A DNA stretch of 63,768 nucleotides, counting the filler, from Lenisia limosa (taxonomy: Eukaryota > Protista > Breviatea): assembly GCA_001655205.1 (NCBI GenBank). It is 20 parts of 20 records of this genome, joined end to end, with 100 filler letters (N's around TTAATTAATTAA, not from the genome) between each part and the next. Parts side by side here need not be neighbours in the genome. Positions count along the whole stretch, not along the records: positions 1 to 2,751 come from LPNZ01001248.1; positions 2,852 to 7,889 come from LPNZ01006240.1; positions 7,990 to 9,228 come from LPNZ01003380.1; positions 9,329 to 16,774 come from LPNZ01007135.1; 16 more parts are not named here. One strand, written 5' to 3'. The first letter of the stretch is position 1. The number at the start of each line of letters is the position of its first letter. Of this stretch, positions 1-12,602 are shown one piece after another. The notes under the pieces were generated by a model. That model saw nothing but the letters and a program-made list of their open reading frames with translations, searched no databases and was not told the DNA's origin. Position numbers and translations under genes: made by a program.

Positions 1-1064
1 CCCCCCCCCCCCCAGGCCTGGTACCCGTCGAGGCACATTCCTGTGGTCGGGACATGGCCGAATGAGACTGTCTTGTCTCAAACCGTCGGAAATGCAGACA
101 GTTTCGCTTTCCGCTATTGTCGTAAGTGGGAATTGCCTAATAGGGAAGTTTGTTATTGTCGTAAGAGGGAGTTAATAAGTTTGTTACTAAGTTGATTTTT
201 GTTATTGAGTTGATTTATGGAAGTGTATTGTTGTCGTGGGAGCTGAAGTTTGCCTCATGGATGGGGGTGCCTAATGGTGAAGTTTGCTTGAGTTTCCAGA
301 TTAACTTATCTGAATCCCACAAATGACAATAGGGGAATCTACTTACAATGCGATGTGACAGGGGACCTGCCATTCTTGCCTACTGACAGTGACACAATCT
401 ATGGAACTTCTCTTACACCCTATTTCACACTAAACAACGTTAAATGACCCTCCAGGCACGCCCCACGTGTCTGAACCTCAACAACCTTTCCTTCCAGGTA
501 ACCCCAGTCCGCAAGTTTGGGGGGTTTCAGGTCAAGAATATGGGAGCTACACTTTCGGTTCAAAAAGACCGACAAAATATCGTTTTTAATCGAATTTAGT
601 CTCTTTTTTGTCAATTAAAGTGAAGCTCTCAAGAAAATACAGATAAACACAAAGGGATAGAATGAATACAAACTACTCATAACCATGCTAGAAATGGTAG
701 TGGTTACTACTTAACGCGGGTGTTTCTAGCGAACAGAGTTGAAATCATTCCATGGTTTTTGTAACACGTCATCTCTATCCACTTGGAAATACAATCTCTT
801 GAATTCTGCCCCTTCATTGATTCCCTTGAACAAGGATAGATTAGGGGGTTTAGGTTTTTTAGTTATCCAACACCCCAACCCTCAGAGGGCACAAAGATCG
901 GTTCTTTCGACATTTCCATACCCTTTTTTGTTTCATAATTCATAAATTTTCCAATTTTACCCCCCCCCCCCAGGGCACNNNNNNNNNNNNNNNNNNNNNN
1001 NNNNNNNNNNNNNNNNNNNNNNNNNNNNNNNNNNNNNNNNNNNNNNNNNNNNNNNNNNNNNNNN

Positions 1065-1970
1065 GCGCGAAACCCTCCACGAAAAATTCGAGGCTGAAGA
1101 GTCTGAGCCTGACCTCATCAATCCTTCAACCAAGAGCCAGGTATTTGGAGTCATGGAAAAATTATCTTCAAGTGGGACATACCTATCATTATGGTAGTAA
1201 TATCCCTCTATTTACACCGAAAAAAACTCACCTTCCAGACATACACTCTTGGCTACGACTACTTCGTAACAGTCCTATCCGAAACACCCGAAGAGCCCTC
1301 AATGGAGGACGTATCCGTGTCCTCCCCAGAATCCGAGCCCTCTCTCGAATCCCCATTATCAAACCCAGCATCGTCGCTCTCTCCCGTCACCCCTACTCCG
1401 TCCCCCCAGGAACCCCGAATTAACCCCGATATTCCCGAGGGCATTTTCGTTACCCACGCCAGCCCCCAGGACGTGATTCTTGCCTCTCCGGAGTCAAAAT
1501 CGCCTCCGTCGGAACCGATCGCTTCCGAAGCTTCTGAAAAGCTTCCGCTTCCGCTTTCGAACCCCGCTCTTCGCGGACTTGACTTCGAACAGCCTTCCAC
1601 CCCAGGCCTCCCCGAGACCACTCCCCCAGCCCTTCCGACCAGTGCCGGACCGTCCCCCTCTCCCACTGCCTCTCCCGAACCTTCGGCTAGCGAATCGCCT
1701 GAACCATCGGTTAGCGACGGCGATGATGTCGGAAGGTCGGATGAACTGAAGGTTCCGAAGCCGATTTGTTCCGACCCCGATACCGGGCTGGACAGTTGTG
1801 GTGACATCAGCGCCCTCGACCTTCCTAATGCGGAAGAAAGTATTGACAGTCCAAATGCGGAAGAGAATATTGATAGTTGTGACACATCGCCGGAGCCGAG
1901 CCCGGATAATCAGGGACCTCTGGGTGCGGCTGAAAGCCTTTCCCGTGCCGTAGATTCTCTAGATGTGTAA
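1065..1970 (+). CDS. 3' part of a hypothetical protein with a long Pro/Ser/Glu-rich low-complexity tail
   Basis: Exon 1065-1140 (RETLHEKFEAEESEPDLINPSTKSQ), GT-AG intron 1141-1238, then an in-frame terminal exon 1239-1970 ending TAA. It contains a 27-nt repeat (PNAEESIDS-like x2). Exon-like blocks at 16-121 and about 457-498 may belong to it. Confidence 0.55.
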
Positions 1971-2751
1971 GGTTGTGCGTTGTTTGGTCGGGTGCGGGTG
2001 GTTATCTTTGCGAGTTTTGTTCGGTTCTATTATTCATGTTTTTTTTTCCTTGTTTATCCAGATCCCATCTTCATATGTATGAATATATAATATATACAGT
2101 GACTGATTAGTCTTGACCTATTTTCCCTTGAGGTAGGCTGGAAAATCGGTCAATCAGCTTTACAAACCGGAAATCGTGCCTTGGAATCTCATATTGTCAC
2201 CTTTTGCTTGATTAGTGAGATGTGCATCAAACTTGGTTCGAGACATATATAATATCATATCCAAAATTGTCATTTTCGTCTTCGTCATCTCGAGCCTCTT
2301 TGGAAGAGGTGAGCATTATCTCCAAACGGTGCATCGCTTTGGAAGGAGGAAGTCTGTGATTGGACTGAATAGACATGGGTCAATCGTTTTCTTGTTGAGA
2401 ACAAATCAGAAGTGTATATGATGATATTTTACTCCTTTTGGGTTCGTGCTCGAGAAAAATCGACACGGAATCAAAAGTCGATACTCCATGATTGGGGCAA
2501 TGACTAGAAGCCAGAAATAACTTCTTTTCGTTTAGATTGTGTGGGGAAGGGCTGTAGTGGGGGTTGGCTGTTTCGCTTCCTACTTTTATTTTTTGGTTTT
2601 TAGCATAATTTATCTTTTCACAATTAATATCAATAAAATTGTTATCACCAAAACCAAGAAAAAAAAATATTTTAAATACATATTTCCCTCGAACAACCCC
2701 ACGATCAAACAATTTACAATCCAAGCTGGTCTGCGGGACCTTCACTACGAG

Positions 2752-2851
2752 NNNNNNNNNNNNNNNNNNNNNNNNNNNNNNNNNNNNNNNNNNNNTTAAT
2801 TAATTAANNNNNNNNNNNNNNNNNNNNNNNNNNNNNNNNNNNNNNNNNNNN
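2752..2851. other. Artificial contig-joining spacer (44 N + TTAATTAATTAA + 44 N), first of 19
   Basis: The same 12-mer, a stop in all six frames, sits inside N runs at 2796, 7934, 9273, 16819, 19633, 24353, 28630, 33943, 37060, 42245, 43415, 45314, 48097, 50750, 51933, 53859, 59270, 60775 and 62656. The first spacer was counted as exactly 44+12+44. Confidence 0.97.
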
Positions 2852-2883
2852 TACACACACACACACACACACACCAGCCCACC

Positions 2884-4674
2884 CCAGTCAATGCCCATGG
2901 AGAGACCAATGAAGAAGAAGGAGACACCAAGGAAGATGGCAATGGCAGAGATGATCTTGACAAAGCGTTCAATTTCCTGGAGGGGTAAGAAGTGAAAAGA
3001 AGAGCTAAATTAATGAATCATTATTGGTAAGCCTAATAACAACCACGCACCTGGTGGATGGGAGTTTCAACACGAGCAGTGGAAGCGGCAAGCTTAGCAA
3101 TACGACCGAGGATAGTGTTGTCTCCTGGGAGGGGGGGTAAGGATATCAATCAATATTTGCGTTAATAAAAGTACATTACATCTGGGGAGGGTGGGATGAA
3201 ACAAAAAAAAACCATAGTGAAGCCAACCAGTAAGAACGACGATACCGAGGCAAGAGCCGTCAACACAGAGAGTTCCTCCAATGGCAAGATTCTGGAGAGA
3301 TAAGACGCCACTCCAGTACAGGATAATCATTTCTCAGATAAAACCCTATTTACGGAAGCGGAAACCTAAGACCAGCACCACCCACCTTGGTCTCAAGGGG
3401 ATTCTCAGATGTGGTCTTCTCGGAACGGGATTGGGGCTCCGACTCTCCGGTCAAAGAGGAGTTGTCAACCTGAGGAGTTAATAATTGTTCAAGCAACTAT
3501 GGCGAATGAGAGGCAGGAAAGAAAAAAAAAAAAAAAGAGAATTGAAGGAGTGTCCATCGCATCCTCCCAAACACAGATCAAATACAATATCCTCGAGTTT
3601 CAAATGATCCCGATGGTGACTCACCTTCATTCCGTTGCTGATCAGGACACGGCAATCGGCAGGAACCTTGTTGCCGTTCTCAACCTTGATGATGTCTCCA
3701 ACAACGAGGTCTGAGGCGTTGATCGAGGTTTCTTGGCCGTCACGAACAACCTAAAGACGTCAGCTCTGCCTTGCTACTCATGTCTAAGCCGTTGAAGAGA
3801 GTCAAACCTTAGTTTGGGGTGGGAGAAGGTTCTTGAATTGCTTCATGATGTCAGAGGACTTATGCTCTTGGTAGTAGGAGAAGCAACCGGTCAAGAAGAC
3901 GACAACGGACAAAACAATACCGATGTAAAGCTACAAAAGATGAGAAAAAGGCAACTCACAAAAACACTTACGTTAGAGGGGTCTGAGGAGTCGATAACGA
4001 AGTAAGCGAAGAAAGAAAGGGCTGATCCAACCCAGAGAAGGATGGAAAAGAAGCCACACATCTGAAGAAGGAACTTAATGATTTCAGGAGTCTCCTTGGG
4101 AGGAGAAAGGACGTTGGGACCATTAGCAATAAGACGATCGGCAGCAAGGGAACTAGAAAGACCCTAAACACGGGTTAGACTCAGAGATATTGAATTAGGT
4201 GAAGAGCAAGTAACTCAAATATCTCCCAAAGTCGGCTCACAGTTTCCTGGTTGGTAGAAAGACGCTCGAGGAGGGAAGGGATGGGGACAATATGGTCATC
4301 CTGGAAACACATAAGAAAAAAAGGCTTTCAAATCTGTAAATCCTAGAAACCTTTAAATATCACAGAGAACATGGAGAAGCTGAGTCAAGAAAAAGTTGAA
4401 ATCAATTTACTCCTCAAACCATCTGGAGCTCCTTCTTGAGCTCAGAAAGGTCAGACTTCTTGGAGTCCTTGCCCTCCTTCTGTTGAGCCTTCAGTTCATC
4501 GATTTTGTGTGAAGTTTCCTGGTATTTGGCCGCAAGATCAGAAGAAGTTCTATTATGTGATCCAAGGCTCTTGCCCTCGAAAGAACCGCGGCGAGAGTCC
4601 TTGTTAGAGGTCTTCTCTGCAGGAGCATCCTGCAGATTGACGTCAGCCAATTCTACACCCTCTTCTTTTGTCAT
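2884..4674 (-). CDS. Type IIC P-type ATPase (Na+/K+-ATPase alpha-like), 5' portion, truncated at contig end
   Basis: Spliced exons read [110 protein letters not shown] and [26 protein letters not shown], collinear with Na+/K+-ATPase alpha. Introns are GT-AG. Confidence 0.93.
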
Positions 4675-5493
4675 CGACCTTACAACTACCCAAACAAGAG
4701 AAAAAAAGTCTAAAAAACGAAAAAAAAAATTTAAATGTGCACTTCCAAGTTACGGATACCGTAGGTACAATTTATCCGATTGCTTTCGGCCTAACTCGCC
4801 TCCAACTGTCAATACAATCGCTCTGACCATGATGCTGACGCTGTCAAATACATCAGATATTTTGAAAATATATTTGTAGAGGATGTTTTATGGGCTACTT
4901 AATTGAAATTTGGTGAGATTAATGGCGAAATCAGCAGTGAAATGGGCCAATTGCAAATTCAATTTGGCCATCAGATGACCCGACATTCCAATGACATGTC
5001 AGTCATTGCAATACGACATCCAGCCAAAATGAAATGAAAGCTTCCTTTCTATCTGCTTTATTTTTTTTGTTTTTCAGGTGTTTTCCTGATAAAAAATTTT
5101 TTATGTCAGTACTGTTCATAACTATCCACTGCTCATCAGCTTGCAACAATAGAGTCATGATCCGCGATATCTACTGGAAAGGGAAATGCTGTAGGCTGCC
5201 TAGTAAAACGCGACCAAAGATCGACCCCCTCGTATTCCTGGTCTGGAATAGGTAGAAGAAAGAGCTATATAAAAGTAATCTGTACACTTGACATAAACGT
5301 AATGCTAAACAACTAGCATGGAACAAACAGTAACGCTGGCTTTGCAACGGAATCATTAAATTACACCTGGGGGGGGGGGGGGNNNNNNNNNNNNNNNNNN
5401 NNNNNNNNNNNNNNNNNNNNNNNNNNNNNNNNNNNNNNNNNNNNNNNNNNNNNNNNNNNNNNNNNNNNNNNNNNNNNNNNNNNNNNNNNNNNG

Positions 5494-7889
5494 ATATTGT
5501 GACCTCTCGAACCTTATAATGGGAGGGGCTGCGGGAGAGAGGAGGAATTGGCAGGCGGGGCTGCAATATGCTGCGGAACTGAAGACGCGCCGGCACCAGT
5601 CTGGATTGTGCGTAAAGGAGGAAAATATATATAGCTTGTTTATATCTAGATATATATACATCAATTTATCAGATTAGGAATACATCAACTGAGATTTCCC
5701 ACAATGAAAAGCAGCAGAGTGGTGAAGCAAATTACAGTCTTATTGATATTAATAGATTTTTGACAATTAAGATTCATTTGTTAATGTATCCCTATGTATT
5801 TTTTGTTTCCCTTGATTGTTAATGTAGTATATTATTACTCTTGCTCAAAAAAAAAAAACGATCCCGTACCGAGGTCANNNNNNNNNNNNNNNNNNNNNNN
5901 NNNNNNNNNNNNNNNNNNNNNNNNNNNNNNNNTATTCTGGGGCTTGGTTTGCGATTGCGCGAGGCTAGCTTGCTATGGCGTGACTTATGTTGGGCACATA
6001 ATTCGGTAATTTCTATTTTCAGTGCCAATTCTCAGGCCAAAAAATCGATCAAAAAGCTAGAAAACTATAATATATCTCAAGCTCTTTGTTTCAAATAAGG
6101 AATTAGATGATAAAGACAGGACGAGGGGGTGCATGAAATTGGCACAAACGAAAAGACAATAAATTGACTAACCTGTTGGGCGAAGAGCTGCTGTTGTTGG
6201 GGCATCATACCAACCTGGGCCTAGCGAAATCAGATCGATATTCAGGAAAGAAAATTCACCTACGCAGAGAGAGTTATAATATTTCTGTGGGGGTGGGGGT
6301 TGAACAATAAAAGAGAGGATAGTACAATATACGAAGAAATTGATATTTCAACCTCTTGGTGCGTATCACAACCAAAAAGGGACACAGTTGGCAGTACCTG
6401 GTAGCTTTGTTGGGGGAACTGGGCCATCTGGACTTGCAGCTTCAGAGAATAGAGCTGGGGGGGGGGGTGACTTTAGGGATTGATTAAAAAAAAAGAGGGT
6501 TATAAGGCTAAAGCCGTTAAATTTATACCCCCCCCCCTCCCCTCCTTCCCCACTATACAAAAAATTATATATCCCTAGGGCTTTTCTGCATTCCCAAAAA
6601 AAGACCGATGTCTCGATTGCCCTAATTATTCCACAAACCTGATTGCTGTAGGCCTGGACTTGCTGCTGCAGCTGGTAGATGATTGCCGAATTCTGCGACG
6701 GGTTTGCTGCGAGGTTAAAAGATATATTTAGAAACCAGAGGGGGACTAAATACGTTTATAATTCATTTGAATCAACCAACTGGATAGATTGAACTAGAAT
6801 CCATCCTAATTGTCAATAGGGAAGTACAGGGAGGACAGGGAGGATGAGATGGAGAAGGAAGCGGTAGGGTGACGAAGAATAATGTCAAGAGGGATAAAAT
6901 AGCGTAAAAATAGGGTATTATAAGTAGGTTTCCTCGAATTATATATCTAAACAGGCGAAGCTCACCCATAGCAGCTTGGATCTGGCTCTGAAGCGTTTGG
7001 ATAGCATGGGTAAGCTGTTGCTGTTGCTGCTGGGCGAGGGCAAGTTGGGGCATTTGTGACAACTGCTGCATCTGCATCTGGTGCTGCAACTGGAGCTGCT
7101 GCTGCTGCTGCTGCTGCTGCATTTGCTGCAGTAATTGTTGCTGTTGCTGGATCTCTGCTGGTACATCACCCTTCTAAAAGAGTGTTAAAACAAATGTAAG
7201 CGTCATGTCTATTAAAGCCCGAAAATCTTGTATAATAATGTACCAATTGTCACGATATCTCGTTGATGAATATTGATATGATTCAAGAAATTCAATACCC
7301 CCCCCCCCCACCGGGAGGAGATTGACATTGCTATTTGCCTCAGGTCTCACACCCTCCTTTTGAAGAAGCGCGGCCGCAACCTGCGACGAGTCTCGGACCG
7401 TCTGAGTCTGGTCCGACTCACGAGGCTCGGAGGGCTCGCGTGTTTGGTCGGTTTCAGGTTTCAGCTACGTGGGTGAGAGAAGGTTAACTGCATTACAATC
7501 GAATGGAAGAACACTGAGATCTGAAAACACACCTCATTTGCATCTTTATAGATATAATAGGCAATTCCAACATGACGCGCAGAGGTCCCCCAGGCACCAC
7601 AAGAAGACTACACAGTGAACAAAAGGGTCAGAAACAAAGTGAACGAAATAGGAGGGGTGGAGAAACACTCAAACCAGTATCTTCAAATATCATATGATGG
7701 CAAAAACTAGGCATCTGTATGACCCTCACTGGGATAGGGTTTGTAAAACAGCTCCATTTTCAGGTTCAGAAAGAGACAGAATTCTGATCAATGTTCGACA
7801 AGTCTATTTTTGAACCGAAAGCAGAGCCCTCGTTTGTTTCATAGGGCTTACCGCGGGATCATCCGTGACTTCTGGCTTTTCAGGATACT
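5494..7889 (-). CDS. Hypothetical multi-exon glutamine-rich protein (partial)
   Basis: A poly-CAG/CAA exon at about 6955-7170 (QQQQQLLQQMQQQQQQQQLQLQHQMQ), plus exon-like blocks with GT/AG borders near 7850-7889, 7345-7450, 6643-6715 and 6183-6225. No domain recognised. Confidence 0.45.
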
Positions 7890-7989
7890 NNNNNNNNNNN
7901 NNNNNNNNNNNNNNNNNNNNNNNNNNNNNNNNNTTAATTAATTAANNNNNNNNNNNNNNNNNNNNNNNNNNNNNNNNNNNNNNNNNNNN

Positions 7990-9228
7990 CTTCGGCAACA
8001 GCTGGAGGAAGAGAGCATTTAGCATCACATTTGGCGTGCTGCTGTCCCTAATATGGCTGTTTGTCGTGTACCTTCTCACCGTCGCTACTGTCCTTGATGC
8101 TGAATATGAGGTATGCTGGGGAGGCACGCAGAAAGCTGTGTGCACGGAGTTGTAAGGCAACTGATTGGGTGAATTAATATTATTCTATAATTCAATATCT
8201 GTGTGGACGGCTTCGGCCTGATACTTTTTTTTTTTCTTATTGCTATATATATTGATGGGGGTGGGNNNNNNNNNNNNNNNNNNNNNNNNNNNNNNNNNNN
8301 NNNNNNNNNNNNNNNNNNNNNNNNNNNNNNNNNNNNNNNNNNNNNNNNNNNNNNNNNNNNNNNNNNNNNNNNNNNNNGTAATTTAAGAGTATTGTCTGCT
8401 GAATGCGATGACCTACCCCTCAGGTTGATATTTTTGATCAGATCTTCAAGTACGCTCTCTTTGGCAACATCGTACTTATTTTCCTGTGGGTGGGTTACAG
8501 ATTGTGTAAATCTTGTTTCTCAGGATTTCCAACTTTTTCTCAGATGATATGCATATAGTTGTGCCATTTTTTTTGCTTCTTATGACACCTTTGTTGCTTC
8601 TTATGAAACAGGGGCTTCCTCGTCAACTTCGTGATTTACATTGTCTGGAGATATCGCATGCATAAGAGGAAAGGTTGGCTGGGATTGTTGGATATTATCC
8701 GTGTCAACACCTTCAAGATTCTTTCTTTTTGTTTATATTCTTCGAATTGAAGTTTCCTCTTCTGCCTTAATTTTCGAAAGCTAAACGAAAGCTCCTGACT
8801 CCCCACCAGAAACCTCCATCAACCCCGTGCCGACCTACGCGCTCAAGTCCACCATGCGCCTTCTCACACGCAGCGTAGCGCTTGAAGATACACGCGGCAA
8901 AATATGGTACCTCAAGTGGGGGGGGGGTGTCGAGCTAATCAGTTGAAATATCATACCCTAATCATTAGGGCCTCACTTTGGTTCGAAAAATACAGGTAAA
9001 ATATCGATAATTTTCGAAGATTTATTGAGAAATTTAGTCTCTTTTTCGAAGTGAAGCTATACTTTTATGCATCATATATTTTTATTTTTTTTGCAGTTCT
9101 GTTTTTGGCCGTTATTCTTTAGGTTCCGTATAGCGCGCTGCATGGGGTGGAAGCCGGGACCGAAACCCGCCCATCTTACCGGCGTTATCCCGGCCCAGAC
9201 ACACGCCATGACTGAGGGGCTTGCTGTA
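7990..9228 (+). CDS. Hypothetical multi-pass membrane protein (partial)
   Basis: Exons with GT-AG borders: AFSITFGVLLSLIWLFVVYLLTVATVLDAEYE (ends 8110), RVLSAECDDLPL, GFLVNFVIYIVWRYRMHKRK, ETSINPVPTYALKSTMRLL and FRIARCMGWKPGP. Confidence 0.5.
8111..8224 (+). repeat. Dispersed repeat family B (GTATGCTGGGGAGGCACGCAG...GTGGACGGCTTCGGCCAGATAC), about 120-150 bp
   Basis: Related full or partial copies at about 17615, 31217, 35979, 38055, 45480, 46485-46620, 48153, 49153-49285, 49355, 51036, 55471 and 63208. Confidence 0.85.
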
Positions 9229-9775
9229 NNNNNNNNNNNNNNNNNNNNNNNNNNNNNNNNNNNNNNNNNNNNTTAATTAATTAANNNNNNNNNNNNNNNN
9301 NNNNNNNNNNNNNNNNNNNNNNNNNNNNTGCCTCTATGCTGAGGGTCATGCTTTTGAATATTATCTTTATTATGATATAATAAAGTTATTGGGAAGGAAA
9401 CAACGACAGTGAACACAATATCGTTGTTGAACTGGCAGAAATGTCTTCGCTTATGAGTATTTTCTCACACTTTCACCAGCATTAAGGTAAAGATTGCTCT
9501 ATTGACACTATTACATCCCAAACACAGCGTTTTTTGACTTCGGCTCCAGTTTCCTTGGAATGGAGGTGTGAACCTTCATGTAACTCAACCCTCTATAATG
9601 CTGAAGGTAAGAGAATGGATATTCTTAGGAAGTTAATTCAGGTAGATTGCTAATTAATTACTGTATTTGTTAGCCTTATGTGATTACATCCTTTCAGTGT
9701 TGACAACACTGAGAAGGTTTGACGGTTCGGCGTTTTTGATTCTTAAAAACGAAGGAGTTTCATTGTTATATGAAG

Positions 9776-10385
9776 TCAAAACTCCCGGACAGCTTGAATT
9801 TTCCCAATAAAAGTACAATAAACTTCATTTTCTTGTTATTTCGAAAGTAATTTCAGTCATAATCACAGGATAGAATGCGATTTTTACATATTCTTGGCTC
9901 AAACCCAACTTAAGTCACTTGGCTACCCGTTTGAGGCCCTTAAACTGCCACAAACAACCAAAACCGTTATAACGTCCACATTCAAGGAATAAATGGCAAC
10001 TATCCGGGAAAGTTTGACCTTGTAGAAAGCACTATTTTGAACATTTTTCTCTCAAAATTCACCATTACATAGCCAAAGCAAGGGGAATCCATAATCAATT
10101 ACTCCGAGGGGTACAAATTTTTGTTTCTTAACACTAAAAGAGAGATAGATTTTGAAAAAAATCCCGTGAAAAGGCAAAAAGGGCCACCCCCGGGAGACCA
10201 ATTTTTGACACTTGCTAAAAATTGAAAAAAAACATGAAGAGGTCATTGTCTTTATCAATCTGTCGAACCAGTTTTGTTTTGTTTCACTACCGTTGACCCA
10301 TACAAGGGGTCAACTTCAAGCTGTCCGGGAGTTTTGATGCGTCCGGTGAATTTTGAATGCTGTCCGGAGCTTTGAGGACCCACAT
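9776..10385. mobile_element. MITE family C copy interrupted by an insertion of about 180 bp
   Basis: 9776-9805 and 9990-10385 match contiguous parts of the family C copy at 54946-55416. It ends TGAGGACCCACAT. Confidence 0.7.
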
Positions 10386-11048
10386 ACATACATATAATAT
10401 AAACTCATGGTTTTAGTCTTTCACGACAACAAATCATAATGCAGACTTACAGTTCAGTTCAAAGGACTCGGTTTGTGGTTGTGATTGAATAAATATATTA
10501 CTAGACTATTTTACTGATAAAATTCAGGGTATCAACAATGGCGTTTCGAAAATTCCCAATACTATTTTTTCAGAGTATGCCATATTTCCAAACAACCAAA
10601 CTTCTTGGTTTGGAATCACTCAGATAGATGTTTGTTGGATGGTATCAGTCACCACCAATCTGTCCGCAACTTCAGTGAATACAGCAAATCTTCACCAACA
10701 AGTATGGTATATAACTTTAACATCAAGATTTATTAAATAACAATAGAAGCTATAGCTGGTACTACATTTTAGTCTGACCAAGTTCTCGTCTCAGCGCAAC
10801 AGATCAAGTACCATCTAAAAAATCGTACTCATGTGTTGAGCCACGGAACTGTAGGTAATACTATTATTTATTTTATTGACAGCTTAATGCACATGGATAA
10901 GGCACCCCATCTGAGTGTGAATCCCAACCTGAGTATGAATTTTTGAAAAATTGTGTTTGAAAATTTTTACAATAGCCATCCTTTGGCTCTTTATTGATAA
11001 ATAATATCACAAAGTTTTCAGAAATAAGAATGTATCAAACAGAGAAAA

Positions 11049-11880
11049 TTATTTGGCACTATCATGGCCACGGCCTCGGCCTCTTCCACGTGTGCCGCGA
11101 CCACATCCGTTGCCTAACACAGCATTCGCCCGAAGTGTTCTATTGCTAACCTTAATTTGATCATTTCCTCTTTTCTTAACTCTTTTGGCTTGTTTCAATG
11201 CTGCGGCCTCAGCCTGCTTCCTCTTCTTGAGCATTTCTCGGAAGGCTTCTTCTTCAGTGATTTCAGGAACGATGTTAGTTCTTCCATTAGCAACCTCTGT
11301 ATCCAATTCTACAGTTGCGTCTTCAGAATATATAGAAGAGAGAAGACAGTTCTTGAGGATTTGCAATGTGCCTCTCAAGTGCCTCTTTAGATTTCAGGTC
11401 GGCCATATCTCGAACAATTGCAATTATCTCAACACTATTCATGTCTCCATGCTTGGCCTTTTCCAGAAATGAGAGTGTTCTTGGACTGGTCAGCTCCACT
11501 GATTCCAAAGAGCGGCGTCAAGAATTTTGTCAAACTACCTTCATGGTTTGTTAGTTTAAGGATAACATTTGGGTGAATCAGTAGTTTCCCATTCATCAAA
11601 ACCTTTCCGACCAAGCTAAAACCAGAACGAATCGTGTCCGGATGGGTGCATTCAATATAAGCTTTCAATGAAGACTTAATCAAACAGACTCTCCCAGCAA
11701 GAGCTTTATTAGGTGCATTTTCATCTTTTTTTTGCGATTGATGTCCTCTTTCCCAACATCAAAACATTTCATCAAGGATGTGACTGTTATTTCGACGCTA
11801 GTAATATTAAAGTAAGATAGTCGACTGCTCATTGATAAATCCTCAAATTTAATCGAATTCACCCACTTGGGGAGACCTTC
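11049..11880 (-). mobile_element. Degraded pogo/Tc5-like (DDE_1) transposase remnant
   Basis: Frameshifted fragments TVTSLMKCFDVG (cf. TxxLQPLDVG) and ECTHPDTIRSGFSLVG (cf. VTPETIRNGFRKxG), followed by a basic tail. No introns; several stops. Confidence 0.45.
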
Positions 11881-11937
11881 TTTCTTAATAGCAACCTAGG
11901 GAATGACAACCAGCAAACCATTATTTTTGAAAAAAAA

Positions 11938-12009
11938 CTCGCTAATCGGGGGATCGAACCTTCGTTGACCTGTTCGCAAGCAGACAATGCAACCACTGGG
12001 CTAACCCTC
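11938..12009 (-). pseudogene. Degenerate tRNA-like Pol III unit (tRNA pseudogene or SINE head)
   Basis: The minus strand has A box TAGCCCAGTGG, B box GGTTCGATCCC and a downstream T run. The acceptor and D stems do not pair and the anticodon loop is 8 nt. The 5' end abuts an N gap. Confidence 0.5.
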
Positions 12010-12602
12010 NNNNNNNNNNTTCTTTCTTTTGTGTCGAATTTTACTCTCGATGCACGCGCATGGAGTTATTGTTGAGTGTTGAATAATGTGAAGTGGCGAA
12101 TATTTGTATGAATTTCTATGGAATTTTCTTTTCGAATTATTTTTGATTTGAATTTTTTTTAGAATTTATTTTCGAATAGAATAACAAATTATTTCGAATC
12201 TTTGAAGAGTACATACAATGTATTTAAAGTCGAAATTAAACAAAATATTCATCACTAAGACGATAGAATGACAAATCAGTTGTGTCTCCAGATTGAAGTG
12301 CCTGAATGGTGAATTACAGTATTGTTTGATAACAACAGTGAAACTGAAATTGGAAAATAGAAAATCAACTGCCCACGTTAGAATAAGATAGAGTTGAAGA
12401 ACTTACCATCAAAAAAGCAGAATATACTGAATGATCTCATTAACTTCAAGAAATGAAAAACTATTCTGAAAAAAGAAAACAGCGTGACCTCCTTACAGTT
12501 ACAGTAGAACCCGCTTGAAGGGAAAGAATCGTTGAAAAGCCTACACACAAACATAAGTAACAAGAAAACGAAACTCACCAGAGTGAAAAACTCAAATGTA
12601 TG

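Noticed and set aside
1259-1885. 208-aa antisense ORF overlapping the Pro/Ser-rich exon
   Set aside because: It is an expected shadow ORF of a GC-rich low-complexity exon; the splice signals support the plus strand.
2796-2807. Palindromic TTAATTAATTAA recurring about every 3 kb, as a possible biological motif or array
   Set aside because: It always sits within N padding in a 100-nt spacer, so it is an assembly linker. ORF-track peptides ending in LIN derive from it.
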